Shown here in pieces: positions 21,580 through 31,827 of a stretch of 64,000 bases of DNA. The DNA is taken from positions 128,001 through 192,000 of the forward strand of contig CAVYBH010000008.1 of assembly GCA_963766715.1 (NCBI GenBank), given 5' to 3'. This DNA comes from an uncultured delta proteobacterium. GTDB lineage: Bacteria > Myxococcota > Myxococcia > Myxococcales > Anaeromyxobacteraceae. The position numbers and the translations under genes were made by a program. Positions within the stretch are counted from its first letter, which is position 1. Every line of letters begins with the position of its first letter. Below the pieces are notes generated by a model. That model did not search any database. It worked only from the letters and a program-made list of their open reading frames with translations, and had not been told where the DNA came from.

Positions 21580-22219
21580 TCACCGCGCGAGCGGCAGCGC
21601 CATCCGGGCTCGACCGGGTCCCGGCACCACCGGCGCCGGGAAGACGTGGCCTCGCAGGACCTGCTGGGCGCAGGTGATCGCGCCCTCCGACGCTCGCCCC
21701 TGGGACTCGACCGTGCGCGTCCTCGATGCGGATCCGGCCGGCTTCCAGCTCCAGGTTCAGGACGAGGATCGTGGGGACGGGCTCGTCGGGGCTCCCGGGC
21801 TCGGGGGCCTGGGGCGGCGGCGCCTGGGCAGGGCGGACCTCGCGATCGTCGTCGAGGCACGCCGCCAGCCTGGGCTGGAGGATGCTCAGCTCGCTCGCCA
21901 GGATCGGCCCGATGAGTCCCATCCGGTCGGTGCGCGTCGCGACCGGCACCGCCTCCCACCTGTCCAGCTCGGGCGGGAGCGGCGGGGGTCCGGGCTCGAC
22001 CCGCGGGCCGGGCTCGGCGCGCGCGAGCGGACCCTCCGGGGCGGCGGGGGGCAGCGGAGGAAGCGGCGCGGCGACGGGGGGCGCGGCGGGCGGAGTCCCG
22101 GTCTCCGGCGCAGGGCCGTCGAGACGGGGCGTCCCGCTCCCCGTCGTCAGGATGAAGGCGATGGCGGCCGCGCCGACGAGGAGGATGGCCACGGCCGCGA
22201 TGGCGAGCGTTCTCAGATC
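21580..22219 (-). CDS. Membrane-anchored Pro-rich protein, paralog 2 of 3
   Basis: TM, RWEAV, LAACL, TILVLNLE, IRIEDA; several indels; start approximate. Confidence 0.65.
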
Positions 22220-22243
22220 GTCCCCTCGAGGGGGGATCGCGGG

Positions 22244-22853
22244 TCACGGCACGAGCGGGTACGTCACGCGCGCCCGCTCCCCGTCGGAGGCCTCGGGCAC
22301 CTGCACGGTGCGACCGCGCAGGATGCGCTGTGCGCAGGTGACGGCCGCGTCGCTCGCCGCGCCCCGATTCTCCATCGGCGCATCCACGATCCGGACCTCT
22401 CCCCGGTGCATCTCCAGCAGGAGCACGAGCACCGTCGTCCCCGTCTCCTCCGGCGGCGGCTCGCCGCCCGCGACGCCCTGCCGCTTCCCGCCGCGCCGGG
22501 CCTGGCTCACCTCGTCCGAGCAGGCGGCGAGCTGGGGCTTGAGATTGAAGAGATCGCGCCAGACCGCCACGCCCACCGGCCCCAGGGCGGAGAGCTGGGC
22601 GACCTGCTTCACCGCGTCCCAGGACCCGTCGGGCGGTGTCGTCCGGGGAGGCGCTTGCTCGACCACCGGGACGGGCGCGGGGCCGCCGGAAGCACGGCAG
22701 GAGGAGCGGAGGAGGGGCCGGCGCCCGGTCGCCCACCGGGGCCGGCGCCCGCGGCTCCGGCGAGGCCGGTCCGCCCGGCGCGAGCGTGATGAACAGGATG
22801 GCCCCCGCGCCGACGAGGACGATGCCGATGGCGATGAGCACGAACGAACGCAC
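22244..22853 (-). CDS. Membrane-anchored Pro-rich protein, paralog 3 of 3
   Basis: TM, SWDAV, LAACS, TVLVLLLE, IVDAP, ASDAAVTCAQRILRG; frameshift ~22695. Confidence 0.7.
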
Positions 22854-22911
22854 GGCCAAAGGATAGCAGTTGCCCGCCGGAAGGCGAGCCTGGACCGGCT
22901 GCGCCGGGAGG

Positions 22912-23935
22912 CTACCCCTGCGCCGCCGGGAACGGCGCGACGCGCGTCTTCAGGAAGGCCACCACCTCCGCGTCGGTCCGCTCGGGCGCGCCGGGGAGGC
23001 GCACGAAGGCGCGGGCGATCCGCGCCCAGTTCCCGGTCATGAGCAGGAACCAGACCTGGAAGAAGTCGACGCCCTCGAACACCACCGCATCGTTGCTCGC
23101 GTACTCGGCGAGGTGACGCTCGAACTCGGCCGGGTGCTCCGTCCAGTGGCAGCGAGGCACCACGTGGTGGACGGCGTGGTAGCCGTCGTTGAAGCAGCGG
23201 CGGTTGTAGCGGGTTCCCACGCAGGTGATGCTGGCCCGGAGGGGATTTTCGGGCTGCTCCTGGCAGAGGAAGGCGTGCTGGGCCCAGTTCCCGGCCATCA
23301 TCATGGTGCGCATGACGAGCAGCGGGAGCAGGAAGACCACGAAGGTCGCCGCGGGGTTCACGTAGAGCAGGACAATCATCGAGGACCAGTAGATCCCCTC
23401 GCCCACGATGATCCGCCGGCGCAGCTTCCTCTTCCCCTTCCGCGTGAAGTAGCGGGCCAGGTCGAGGACCCCGACCGTCATGAAGCGACCCCAGTACCGG
23501 AGCCAGTCGCCGATCCGGTCCCGGCGGAAGCGCATGGTGGAGCTGAGGTCGTCGGGGAGGTTCTCCTCCACGTGGTGCATCCCCATGTGGTGGGCGAAGT
23601 AGGTCTCCGGCGTCTGTCCCAGGAACGGTGCGAGCACCCAGGGGATGACGTGGTTCAGCATCGCGTAGCGGGGCCGGAAGAGCTGCCGGTGTGACGTACA
23701 GTGAAGCATGAGGGTGAAGCGGTCGACCAGGCCGGCGAAGAGCGCCACCCCGTAGAACGGCACGAGCCACCAGAAGTACCGGCCCGCGAAGAAGAGCCCC
23801 ACCCCGGCCACGGCCAGCGCCAGGCACTGCATCATGAGGGCGACCATGACGACGTCGCGGGGATCGTTCAGCAGGGGAATCGCCCAGCGGGCGTAGGCGG
23901 GGCTGGAAGCCTCGCGGGGATCGGCTCGTGGACAT
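22912..23935 (-). CDS. Membrane fatty acid desaturase family protein
   Basis: Three His boxes HCTSH, HHMGMHH, YHAVHH plus TM segments; probable indel just after the start. Confidence 0.88.
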
Positions 23936-24074
23936 GGGGCGCCGGGGCTCCGTGCCGGCGGGCGACGACCCGCGCGACGTTCCGCTCCGGAGGGGGCGGG
24001 GGACCGGCTTCCTTCTCGTACCGGGCCATATAGGGCGAGCGCTCGTCCGGGCGCCCGTCCAATCCCGGACGCGG

Positions 24075-24890
24075 TCAGTAGGCGTGCACCAGCGGCCGGA
24101 CCTCGCTGCACGGGCGGCAGAGCGCATTGGGCAGGCCGGAGTTCCGCCGGGTGCGCCCGGCCACGCCCTTGAAGACCGCTCCGCTCTGCGTCTCGTCGCA
24201 GCGGATGCACTCGTTCAGCCGCCCGTCGGGCAGGTGGTAGGGCTGGTTGAGCGCGGCGAGGCACGGCGCGAGGCAGGCCGTCCGGGTGTTCGACGTGTTG
24301 TAGGCCCAGACCTGCGCGCAGGGCAGGTCGAAGCCCAGCGCCTGGAGGCAGGCGACGTCGTCGGCCTGGGCCGGATGGCTGATCCCGCAGGCGCGCACGG
24401 GGGCGGTGAGGTCGTTCTCCCTCACGTAGACGGCCAGGTCGGCGAGCGTCGAGCAGACCCCACAGTGGCCGAAGTGCGTCGGGCTCGCGCCGGCGGCGCG
24501 GGCCGCCGCCTCGCTGGGATAGGTGACGAGCCGGTAGGGGCGCGGCCGGGTTCCCGCGGGACCGGTGGGGAGGACGCCGCAGACGGTGTCGGATGGGTCG
24601 TCGGGAGGCGCGGGGGACGCGTACGGATCGCTCGTGAGCGGCGGGTACGGATCCGCGAGCGCCCAGTCCTCGACGAGCGAGCGGACGAACGCCGCGTCGT
24701 AGACGGGCGGCTGGAAGACGGTACCGCCGCAATCGCACTGCGGACGGCACTGGGCGGCCGTGAGTCCCGTCTGGTCGTTGGGGCGGCCGAACTGGATGGC
24801 GCAGGCGTCGGCGGCCGGCGCCGTCGACTGGGCGCACGCCGTGGCGAGCACCGCGGCGAGCAGGGTCGCGGAGGCGGATCGGATGGACAT
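24075..24890 (-). CDS. Cys-rich hypothetical lipoprotein
   Basis: LATAC lipobox; many Cys; THFGHCGVCSTLADL, VAGRTRRNSG. Confidence 0.75.
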   Translation of the reverse strand: MSIRSASATLLAAVLATACAQSTAPAADACAIQFGRPNDQTGLTAAQCRPQCDCGGTVFQPPVYDAAFVRSLVEDWALADPYPPLTSDPYASPAPPDDPSDTVCGVLPTGPAGTRPRPYRLVTYPSEAAARAAGASPTHFGHCGVCSTLADLAVYVRENDLTAPVRACGISHPAQADDVACLQALGFDLPCAQVWAYNTSNTRTACLAPCLAALNQPYHLPDGRLNECIRCDETQSGAVFKGVAGRTRRNSGLPNALCRPCSEVRPLVHAY

Positions 24891-24901
24891 GGCCTCGTAC
24901 G

Positions 24902-25573
24902 CTACCCCATGGCCCGGATCGCGGCGACCACCGCGTAGAACTGGCAGGCCGAGGCCGCCACCACGAGCACGTGGAAGATCTCGTGGAACCCGAACACGCG
25001 CGGGAACGGGTCGGGGCGGCGCGTGGCGTAGATGACGGCCCCCACCGTGTAGAAGGCCCCGCCGACGAGGAGGTAGAGGAACGGCCGCAGGCCCAGGCTG
25101 GCGTACAGCGCGGGCAGGAACGGGACGATGAGCCAGCCGAGCAGCACGTAGAGCGCGGACCGGACCGGCTTGGGCGTGCGGGGGAAGAAGACCACGAGCA
25201 GGATGCCGAGCGACGCGCTCGCCCAGACGGTGGCGAGCAGCGCGTAGCCGGTCCCCGAGCCGATGAGCAGGCAGAACGGCGTGTAGGTCCCGGCGATGAG
25301 CAGGAAGATGGCCGAGTGGTCGACGCGTCCGACGAACGAGCGAACCCGCGGATCGGTCCAGATCACCCGGTGGTAGGTGGCGCTCACCGCGAAGAGGAGG
25401 ACCACCGACGCGCCGTAGACGGCGGCACCCGCGGCGGCCAGCCGCGAGCCGGACCCGGACACCAGCCAGGCCACCGCCGGGATGGCGGCCACCGCGGCCA
25501 CGACGTGGAACGTGCCCCGGAGCAGCGGGCGCGTCCGGACCAGCGGTACCTGCCTCGACTCGGCCTCCCCCAC
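24902..25573 (-). CDS. Hemolysin III / PAQR (TrhA-like) membrane protein
   Basis: SATYH, DHSAIFLLIAGTYTPF, FGFHEIFH. Confidence 0.92.
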   Translation of the reverse strand: MGEAESRQVPLVRTRPLLRGTFHVVAAVAAIPAVAWLVSGSGSRLAAAGAAVYGASVVLLFAVSATYHRVIWTDPRVRSFVGRVDHSAIFLLIAGTYTPFCLLIGSGTGYALLATVWASASLGILLVVFFPRTPKPVRSALYVLLGWLIVPFLPALYASLGLRPFLYLLVGGAFYTVGAVIYATRRPDPFPRVFGFHEIFHVLVVAASACQFYAVVAAIRAMG

Positions 25574-25590
25574 GCTTCCCTCCCCGGAGA

Positions 25591-25794
25591 TCAGCGGCCC
25601 TGCCTCGAGAGCCCCGCCGCGATGACGCCCGCGGCCAGCGCGAGCAGGCTGACGAGCGCGATCGTGCGCCAGTCGTCGCTCCGCATCGCGATCCACCCGG
25701 CCGTGAAGACGGTGAAGGCGCTCACCCCGACCCCGACCTTGGCCGCGATGCGCCGGAACCGATCCCGACCGGTGGAGTCGCTCATGGGGCTCAT
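25591..25794 (-). CDS. Small two-TM hypothetical protein
   Basis: Two hydrophobic segments in ~65 aa; fits the gap upstream of the PAQR gene. Confidence 0.55.
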   Translation of the reverse strand: MSPMSDSTGRDRFRRIAAKVGVGVSAFTVFTAGWIAMRSDDWRTIALVSLLALAAGVIAAGLSRQGR

Positions 25795-25863
25795 TGTACC
25801 GGCGAATGGCACCGCGGCGGGTGCCCGTTATCGAGTGAGGGTCGCCCCTTCCCGGGAGGTCCC

Positions 25864-26298
25864 GTGTTCCGACACATCCTCGTCCCCACCGACGGCTCTC
25901 CCCAGGCGGAATCCGCCGCCCGGGAGGCCGTCGCGCTCGCCAGGCTGGCGGGCGGGCGCATCACCGCCCTGACCGTGAAGCCCGAGTACCACGTCTTCAC
26001 CCTGCGTCCCGCCGAGCTCGAGGACACGAAGGGCGATGCCTGGGACGTCGATCTGCACGCCCGGAACCACCTCGACGCGGTGGAGCGGATCGCCAGGGAG
26101 GCCGGCGTGGCCTGCGAGCGGATCACGGTCCAGAGCAACCACCCCTGGAAGGCGATCGTGGAGACCGCCTCGGCCCAGGGCTGCGACGCCATCGCCATCG
26201 CCTCCCACGGCCGGAGCGGGATCGCCGCGGTGCTCCTGGGGAGCCAGACCCAGCGGGTCGTGACCCACGCCACGGTGCCGGTGATCGTCTACCGGTAG
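25864..26298 (+). CDS. Universal stress protein (UspA family)
   Basis: FRHILVPTDGS, ASHGRSG..LLGSQTQRV; GGAGG RBS. Confidence 0.92.
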   Translation: MFRHILVPTDGSPQAESAAREAVALARLAGGRITALTVKPEYHVFTLRPAELEDTKGDAWDVDLHARNHLDAVERIAREAGVACERITVQSNHPWKAIVETASAQGCDAIAIASHGRSGIAAVLLGSQTQRVVTHATVPVIVYR

Positions 26299-26314
26299 CT
26301 CGCCCGGGCGCGCC

Positions 26315-26926
26315 CTATCCGGCGCGCTTCGCGGACGCGTCCTCGGCCTTGGCCTCGGAGGCGAGCTGCTGCAGGGCGTCCTGCGTGCCCTCGTCGCCCC
26401 GGAGCACCTCGGGACGCAGCCGGGCCAGCGCCAGGTCGGCGAAGTCGCCGATCCCGGCCATGCTCTCCGGGACCCACAGGCGGGCGCCCCCGGGACCGGT
26501 CAGGAAGAACCACCGGCTGACGCCGTTGTAGGCGATGCGCTCCACCTCCGGCCAGGCGAGCCGGCGGCGCTTCATGGGGTCGATCCGCTCGATGCCCGCC
26601 TCGTCCACGCGAACCCGCATGCCCCGCTCGGCGAGCAGGAAGTAGGCGGTGACGGCGAGCCCGGCCAGGACCACCAGCCCGACGAGCGCCAGGCCCGCCG
26701 AGCCGATCCCGTTGCGGCGCGCCGCCGTGAACGCGACGGCGACGACGAGGAGGGTGGGCCCGAGCGCCATGACGCCCAGGACCGCGTAGCGCCAGGGGGG
26801 CGGGCGCAGGACGACGGCACTCCCGTCCCGCGCGCCTCGCAGGCGCGAAGGCGGGCCCGGACGGAGGAGGAACCCGCCGGCGACGAGGAGGAGCCCGAGG
26901 ACCCCGAAGGCGATGATGAGCTGCAT
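26315..26926 (-). CDS. Membrane protein with bacterial PH-like domain (paralog A)
   Basis: 3 TMs, then VRVDEAGIE..LAWPEV..AYN..WFF. Confidence 0.7.
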   Translation of the reverse strand: MQLIIAFGVLGLLLVAGGFLLRPGPPSRLRGARDGSAVVLRPPPWRYAVLGVMALGPTLLVVAVAFTAARRNGIGSAGLALVGLVVLAGLAVTAYFLLAERGMRVRVDEAGIERIDPMKRRRLAWPEVERIAYNGVSRWFFLTGPGGARLWVPESMAGIGDFADLALARLRPEVLRGDEGTQDALQQLASEAKAEDASAKRAG

Positions 26927-26981
26927 CGGGGGACTCTCTCCCGAGGGGGAGGCGTCACGCAAGGGGGGTGAAGCCGGACGG

Positions 26982-27569
26982 TCAGCCGATGATCTGGGCG
27001 TCGTCGGCCAGCTCCTCCAGGACCTCCCGGGCCTGCTGGTCTCCCCAGAGCGCGGCGGGGGGCAGCCGCGACAGCGCCATCTGGGCGAAGAAGCCGATGC
27101 CGGTGAGGTCGTCCCACAGCCAGAGGTGCGTCCCGTCGACGAGCGTGATGAAGAACCACTGGTTCACCGGGTTGTAGGCGAACCGGGCGATCTCGCTCCA
27201 TTCCACGACCCGGTGGCCGAGGACGCCCACCCAGTCGAGTCCCTCAGGGTCCACCCGGACGCAGGCGCGGAACTCCGCCGCCAGGCACCACGCGCCGGTC
27301 GACGCGCAGGTCGTGACCAGGCCGGAGGCGAGGAGCACGGCCGCCCAGTCGTTGGGGGTCGGGCGGAGCGTCAGGACCACCCAGGAGACGATGGCGGCCG
27401 GGGCCAGCGCCAGCGAGGCGAGGCTCGTGTAGCGCCAGCGGCGCATCCGGAGAACGGTCTCGCCGCCGGGCCCGCGGCTTCCTCGCCCCGGGGCGCGCCG
27501 CCCGATGAAGAACTGGGTGACGAGCAGGAGGCCGATGACGGCCGCGATGACCCCGGCGACGCGGGACAT
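26982..27569 (-). CDS. Membrane protein with bacterial PH-like domain (paralog B)
   Basis: 3 TMs, then VRVDPEGLD..VEWSEI..AYN..WFF. Confidence 0.7.
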   Translation of the reverse strand: MSRVAGVIAAVIGLLLVTQFFIGRRAPGRGSRGPGGETVLRMRRWRYTSLASLALAPAAIVSWVVLTLRPTPNDWAAVLLASGLVTTCASTGAWCLAAEFRACVRVDPEGLDWVGVLGHRVVEWSEIARFAYNPVNQWFFITLVDGTHLWLWDDLTGIGFFAQMALSRLPPAALWGDQQAREVLEELADDAQIIG

Positions 27570-27681
27570 GTCGCCAATCTTTTGTCGCCCGCCCGCGATT
27601 TCAAATCCGTTCGACTGCACCCGATCGGGTACATGTGCAGGCGGTTAGACTTGCGCGGCTCGTTTCGAGCAGGGGGATGCG

Positions 27682-28264
27682 ATGCCCGAGGAACGCCGAG
27701 GTCGAGACCGAGAAGCTCCACGAGGCCATCCAGGAGGAGCTGGAGCGCGACGGTGGGAGGTTCCTCCGGCGGATCGCGCTCTCCACCGCGCTTCTGGCCG
27801 TCCTGGCCGCCCTCGCCGCGCTGCGCTCCGGCGCAACGGTGAACCAGGCGCTCCTGCTCCGCGCAGACGCGACCCAGCTGCAATCGCAAGCGTCCGACCA
27901 GTGGGCCTACTACCAGGCGAAGGGTGTGAAGGGGGCCGTGCAGGAGGCGGTCCGAGCGTCCTGGCTCGCCGCCGGAAAGGAACCGCCGGCCTCGTCCGAG
28001 GAGAAGGTCGCCCGGTACGAGAAGGAGCAGGAGGCCATCCGGGAGAAGGCCATCGCGCTGGAGAGGGAGCGGGAGGTGAAGGTGGTGGAGTCGGAGCACC
28101 TGCTCCACGGTCACCACCGGTTCGCGAACGCGGTCGCGCTCTTCCAGGTCGCCATCGCGCTCGGCGCCGTGGCGGCGCTGACCCGGAGCCGGCTGGTGTG
28201 GGCGGGCTCGATGCTCGTCGGCCTGGGGGGCATCGCGCTGCTTGCCTGGGCTTTCACCCTCTAG
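27682..28264 (+). CDS. DUF4337-like membrane protein, indel near start
   Basis: IALSTALLAVLAA, ASDQWAYYQAKGVK, ALFQVAIALGAVA. Confidence 0.8.
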
Positions 28265-28316
28265 GTGGGCTCGAGCCGGGCGGCGGGCGCCGCACGGACG
28301 ACGGCCATCCGAAATC

Positions 28317-28345
28317 TGACATCCCGAATCCGGGGTGTCATTTTT
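28317..28345 (+). terminator. Probable rho-independent terminator / inverted repeat
   Basis: TGACATCCCG-AATC-CGGGGTGTCA followed by TTTTT. Confidence 0.5.
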
Positions 28346-28424
28346 CGGAGCGATCCATCCGTCCATGTCCGCCCTGCCGCTAGGATATCTTCGTGCGGCT
28401 GAAATCGGGCGAGGAGAGAGGCGA

Positions 28425-29023
28425 GTGGCATTGCGCGCGAAGGGACCGGACGATCGAGAGGAGCGGATCCGGTCCCTTCTCACCGAGGGACGGGCGGAGG
28501 ACGCCGCCACGCTGGCCATCCGCTCCTACGGCCCCCAGATCCTGCGGTACCTGCACTCGATCCTCGGCGATGGACGACGACGCGCGCGAGGCCTTCTCCC
28601 AGTTCGCCGAGAACCTCTGGCGCGGCCTCCCGGAGTTCCAGGGCCGGGCCCCCTTCCGGATCTGGGCCTACCGGATCGCCTGGAACGCCGCGTGCGACAT
28701 CCGCAAGCAGCCCTGGCGCAACCGGCGCCGGAGGCCTGAGCACGGGAGCGGCGTCCCGGATCGCCGACACCGTCGCCACCTCCACCGGCGAGAAGCTGGA
28801 GCAGCGCCGGCAGGACCTCGCATCGCTGCGCGAGTCGCTCTCCATCGACGACCGCGCGCTCGCGGCCCTGCGCATCGACCAGGGGCTCTCCTGGGCCGAG
28901 TGCGCGGAGGCGCTCTCCATCGACGGGCGCACGGTGAAGGCGAACACCCTCACCAAGCGCTTCGAGCGGATCAAGGAGCGGCTGGGCAGGCTGGCCAAGA
29001 AGAAGGGGCTCCTCGAGCCGTGA
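28425..29023 (+). CDS. ECF RNA polymerase sigma factor (myxobacterial kinase-linked type), two frameshifts
   Basis: [38 protein letters not shown] (sigma2); [26 protein letters not shown] (sigma4). Confidence 0.8.
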
Positions 29024-30733
29024 GCGCGCGACCGTCCGGCGCCGGGGACGAATCGCCCGGGACGCTCACCTCCCTCGTCGAACGAGGTCTTCCGCGGCTC
29101 GCCCACGGACGCCGCAGCGACTGGGTGGACGGGCTGGCTCCCGGCGCCGCGCTGGGGCGCTACGACCTGCATCCGCGAGGTCGGTCGCGGCGGGTTCGGC
29201 GTGGTCTGGGAGGCTCGCGACCGGGAGCTGGGGCGGCGGGTGGCCGCTGAAGGTCATCCGGGTGCGGCGCAGCGGCGTCCCGGAGAAGCGGCTCGTCGCC
29301 GAGGCCGAGGTGGCCGCCCGGCTCTCCCACCCCGGCATCGTCACCATCCTCGACGTGGGGCGGAACGACAAGGGCGGCTGGCTGGTGCAGGAGTTCCTCA
29401 CCGGCCGGACGCTCGACGCGCGGCTCGAGGAGGGCGCGCTCCCGCTGCGCGAGGCGCTGCGCGTGGGGATGGACGTCGCCCGGGCGCTCGCGCACGCCCA
29501 TGCGAACGGCGTGGTGCACCGCGACCTCACCGCGCGCAACGTGTTCCTCTGCGAGGACGGGCAGGTGAAGCTCCTCGACCTGGGGATGGCGCAGGCCTTC
29601 GGGCGGCGCAAGCTCGAGGGCGGCACGCCCGACTACATGGCGCCCGAGCAGGCGCGGGGCGCTCCCGAGGACGAGCGGGTCGACGTCTTTTCACTGGGCG
29701 TGATCCTCTACCGGATGATCGCCGGCGAGTCCCCCTTCCCGCCGGGGGCGCGCGGACGGCGCGCCTCGCTCCCCGGCTCGACACCCCGGAGCTCCCCGGC
29801 CTGGGAGAGCTCGTCGGGCACATGCTCGCGCCCGACCCGATGGACCGCCCGCGAGACGCGGCCGAGGTGCTGGCGGAGCTCGACGCGCTCGCGCTCACGC
29901 TGCCCCAGAACCGGCACGGGCACCCGGCCGGGCGCGGTGCGGGTCCGCAAGCGATGGCCGCGCTGGGCCATCGCGGCCGCGGCGCTGGTGGTGCTCCTGG
30001 CCGCCGCCGGGGCTGGTGCACTCGCGGCGAGGCGCTGGCTCGCGCCGCCTCCCGACCGGCTCGCCGCCGCTCGCCTTCGGCGCCACCGAGTCCTCCATCG
30101 GGTGCAGCTGGGGCCGGGCCACCTGGTACGACCTCGATCGCCTGCCCGAGGGCGCGTTCACGCGCAACGGCGAGATGGGCGGGCAGGGAGTCGCCGAGGT
30201 CGGAGGGCCGGAAGGCCTGGAAGGTCACCTCCGACTGGGGCCAGCTCGTGGTCCCCCTGGGCGCGGCCGCGCGGGGCGACCCCTTCGCGATCGAGGTCGA
30301 GTTCTTCATGCCCCCGCCGACCGGATGGATGCGCGGGGCGAACATCCACGCCTTCACCGATCCCGTCGGTGGGGACCGACACGGGCGAAATCGTCGCACG
30401 GGGTCACGCTGGCGGTGGCCGAGGAACCCGGCAAGCCGCCCCGGTTCGAGTGGTACGAGCCGGACGGGCGAGGGAGGAGTGCCGCCACCGGTACCTGGGG
30501 ACGCTTCCCGGCCCGGTCAGCGGGAAGTGGCACACGCTCCGGATCGAGGGCTCGCCGTCGAAGGGCTGGTATCCGGGGGCTCCTGGACGGGCGCCCGCTG
30601 GTCGTGGCCCGCGGGGAGTACGACCTGTCCGGCGCCCACGTCGTCGCTCGGCGCCGGCTACGGCTACATGAACCCGGAGGACGTGGCCTGGTCCAACCTC
30701 CGGACCTTCGCCGGAACGCCGGAGTGCCAGTAG
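29020..30733 (+). CDS. Membrane Ser/Thr protein kinase with C-terminal extracellular beta-rich domain, many frameshifts
   Basis: [50 protein letters not shown] overlap with the sigma stop. Confidence 0.82.
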
Positions 30734-30779
30734 CCCCTCGCGCGACTAGGAATCCGGGATCCCGCTCCGGAGGCCTCCC

Positions 30780-31205
30780 ATGCGTCGCGCCCCGATCCTC
30801 GTCGCCCTCCTCGTCGCCGTCGTCGCGGCCGTCCTGCCCGCCCTCCCGCTCGCGGCCGACCCGCCGAAGTTCGAGATGGAGTCGTACCAGCTGGTGCTCC
30901 TCATGCGCGCCCCGACCTGGCAGAAGCTCCCGCAGGAGGAGGCGGAGGCGCTGCAGGCGAAGCACATCGCCCACCTCACGGCGATGGGCGAATCGGGAAA
31001 GATGGTGATCGCCGGGCCGTTCTCGAACCAGGCCGACCCCGCCTACCGGGGCGCGTGCCTCTACCGCGTCTCCACGCCCGAGGACGCGCGCGCGCTGGCC
31101 GAGCAGGACCCCATCGTGAAGGCGGGCCAGCTCCGCGTCGAGGTCATGACCTGGTGGGTGGGCAAGGGGTACATGGCCTTCCCCCGGGCGCCGGTGGCGA
31201 AGTGA
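30780..31205 (+). CDS. Secreted YciI-like protein
   Basis: HIAHL..GKMVIAGPF..AEQDPIVKAG; signal peptide. Confidence 0.8.
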   Translation: MRRAPILVALLVAVVAAVLPALPLAADPPKFEMESYQLVLLMRAPTWQKLPQEEAEALQAKHIAHLTAMGESGKMVIAGPFSNQADPAYRGACLYRVSTPEDARALAEQDPIVKAGQLRVEVMTWWVGKGYMAFPRAPVAK

Positions 31206-31817
31206 GCCGGCGCCTGCCCGGGCTGCTGGCGCTCTCCTTCGCCGCCGCTGCTCCTCCCGGCGTGCACGCCGTCCGCCGTGCTGATGACGCCTCCTCCCAC
31301 CGTGAAGCCGCCGCCGGGCCAGGGAGAGGAGACCACCGGCCAGGTGACCTTCTCGGCCGGGGGACTGGGCACCGCGATCGCCTACGGGCCCTGGCGGGTG
31401 AGCGGGCCGGGCATCGAGCTCCGCTACGCCGGCGACGGGGCCTGGACCGGGCAGATCGCGGGAGCCGACGTCCGGGTGCAGGCCCAGGCGGGGCTCGTCA
31501 CCGGACCCGGCATCCGGCTCGACCTGGTGCAGGACGGCTCGTCGCTCGCGATCCGGGGCACGTGGACCGGGCATCGGGTCGACCTCACGGTCGGACGCCT
31601 CGGCCTCGTCGGAACGCTGGAGAAGGGGGGCTGCGACATCCAGCTGCGCCCCGTCGAGACCGGGATCTTCGGCGGGCCGCTGGGCTGCCCGGCTCGTCCC
31701 GGGGGCGCGGCCACGTCCAGCGAGGGAACGCTCCGCCTGGCCGGGGAGGCCCTGCTCGTCCCCGACGTGCTGCTCCCCCAGTTCGTCCTGGCGCTCCTCG
31801 CTGCGCTGCCCACCTGA
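31202..31817 (+). CDS. Hypothetical lipoprotein, indel near start
   Basis: GTGA overlap; ..LLPAC lipobox after frame correction; beta-rich body. Confidence 0.6.
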
Positions 31818-31827
31818 GGGCCCGGCC

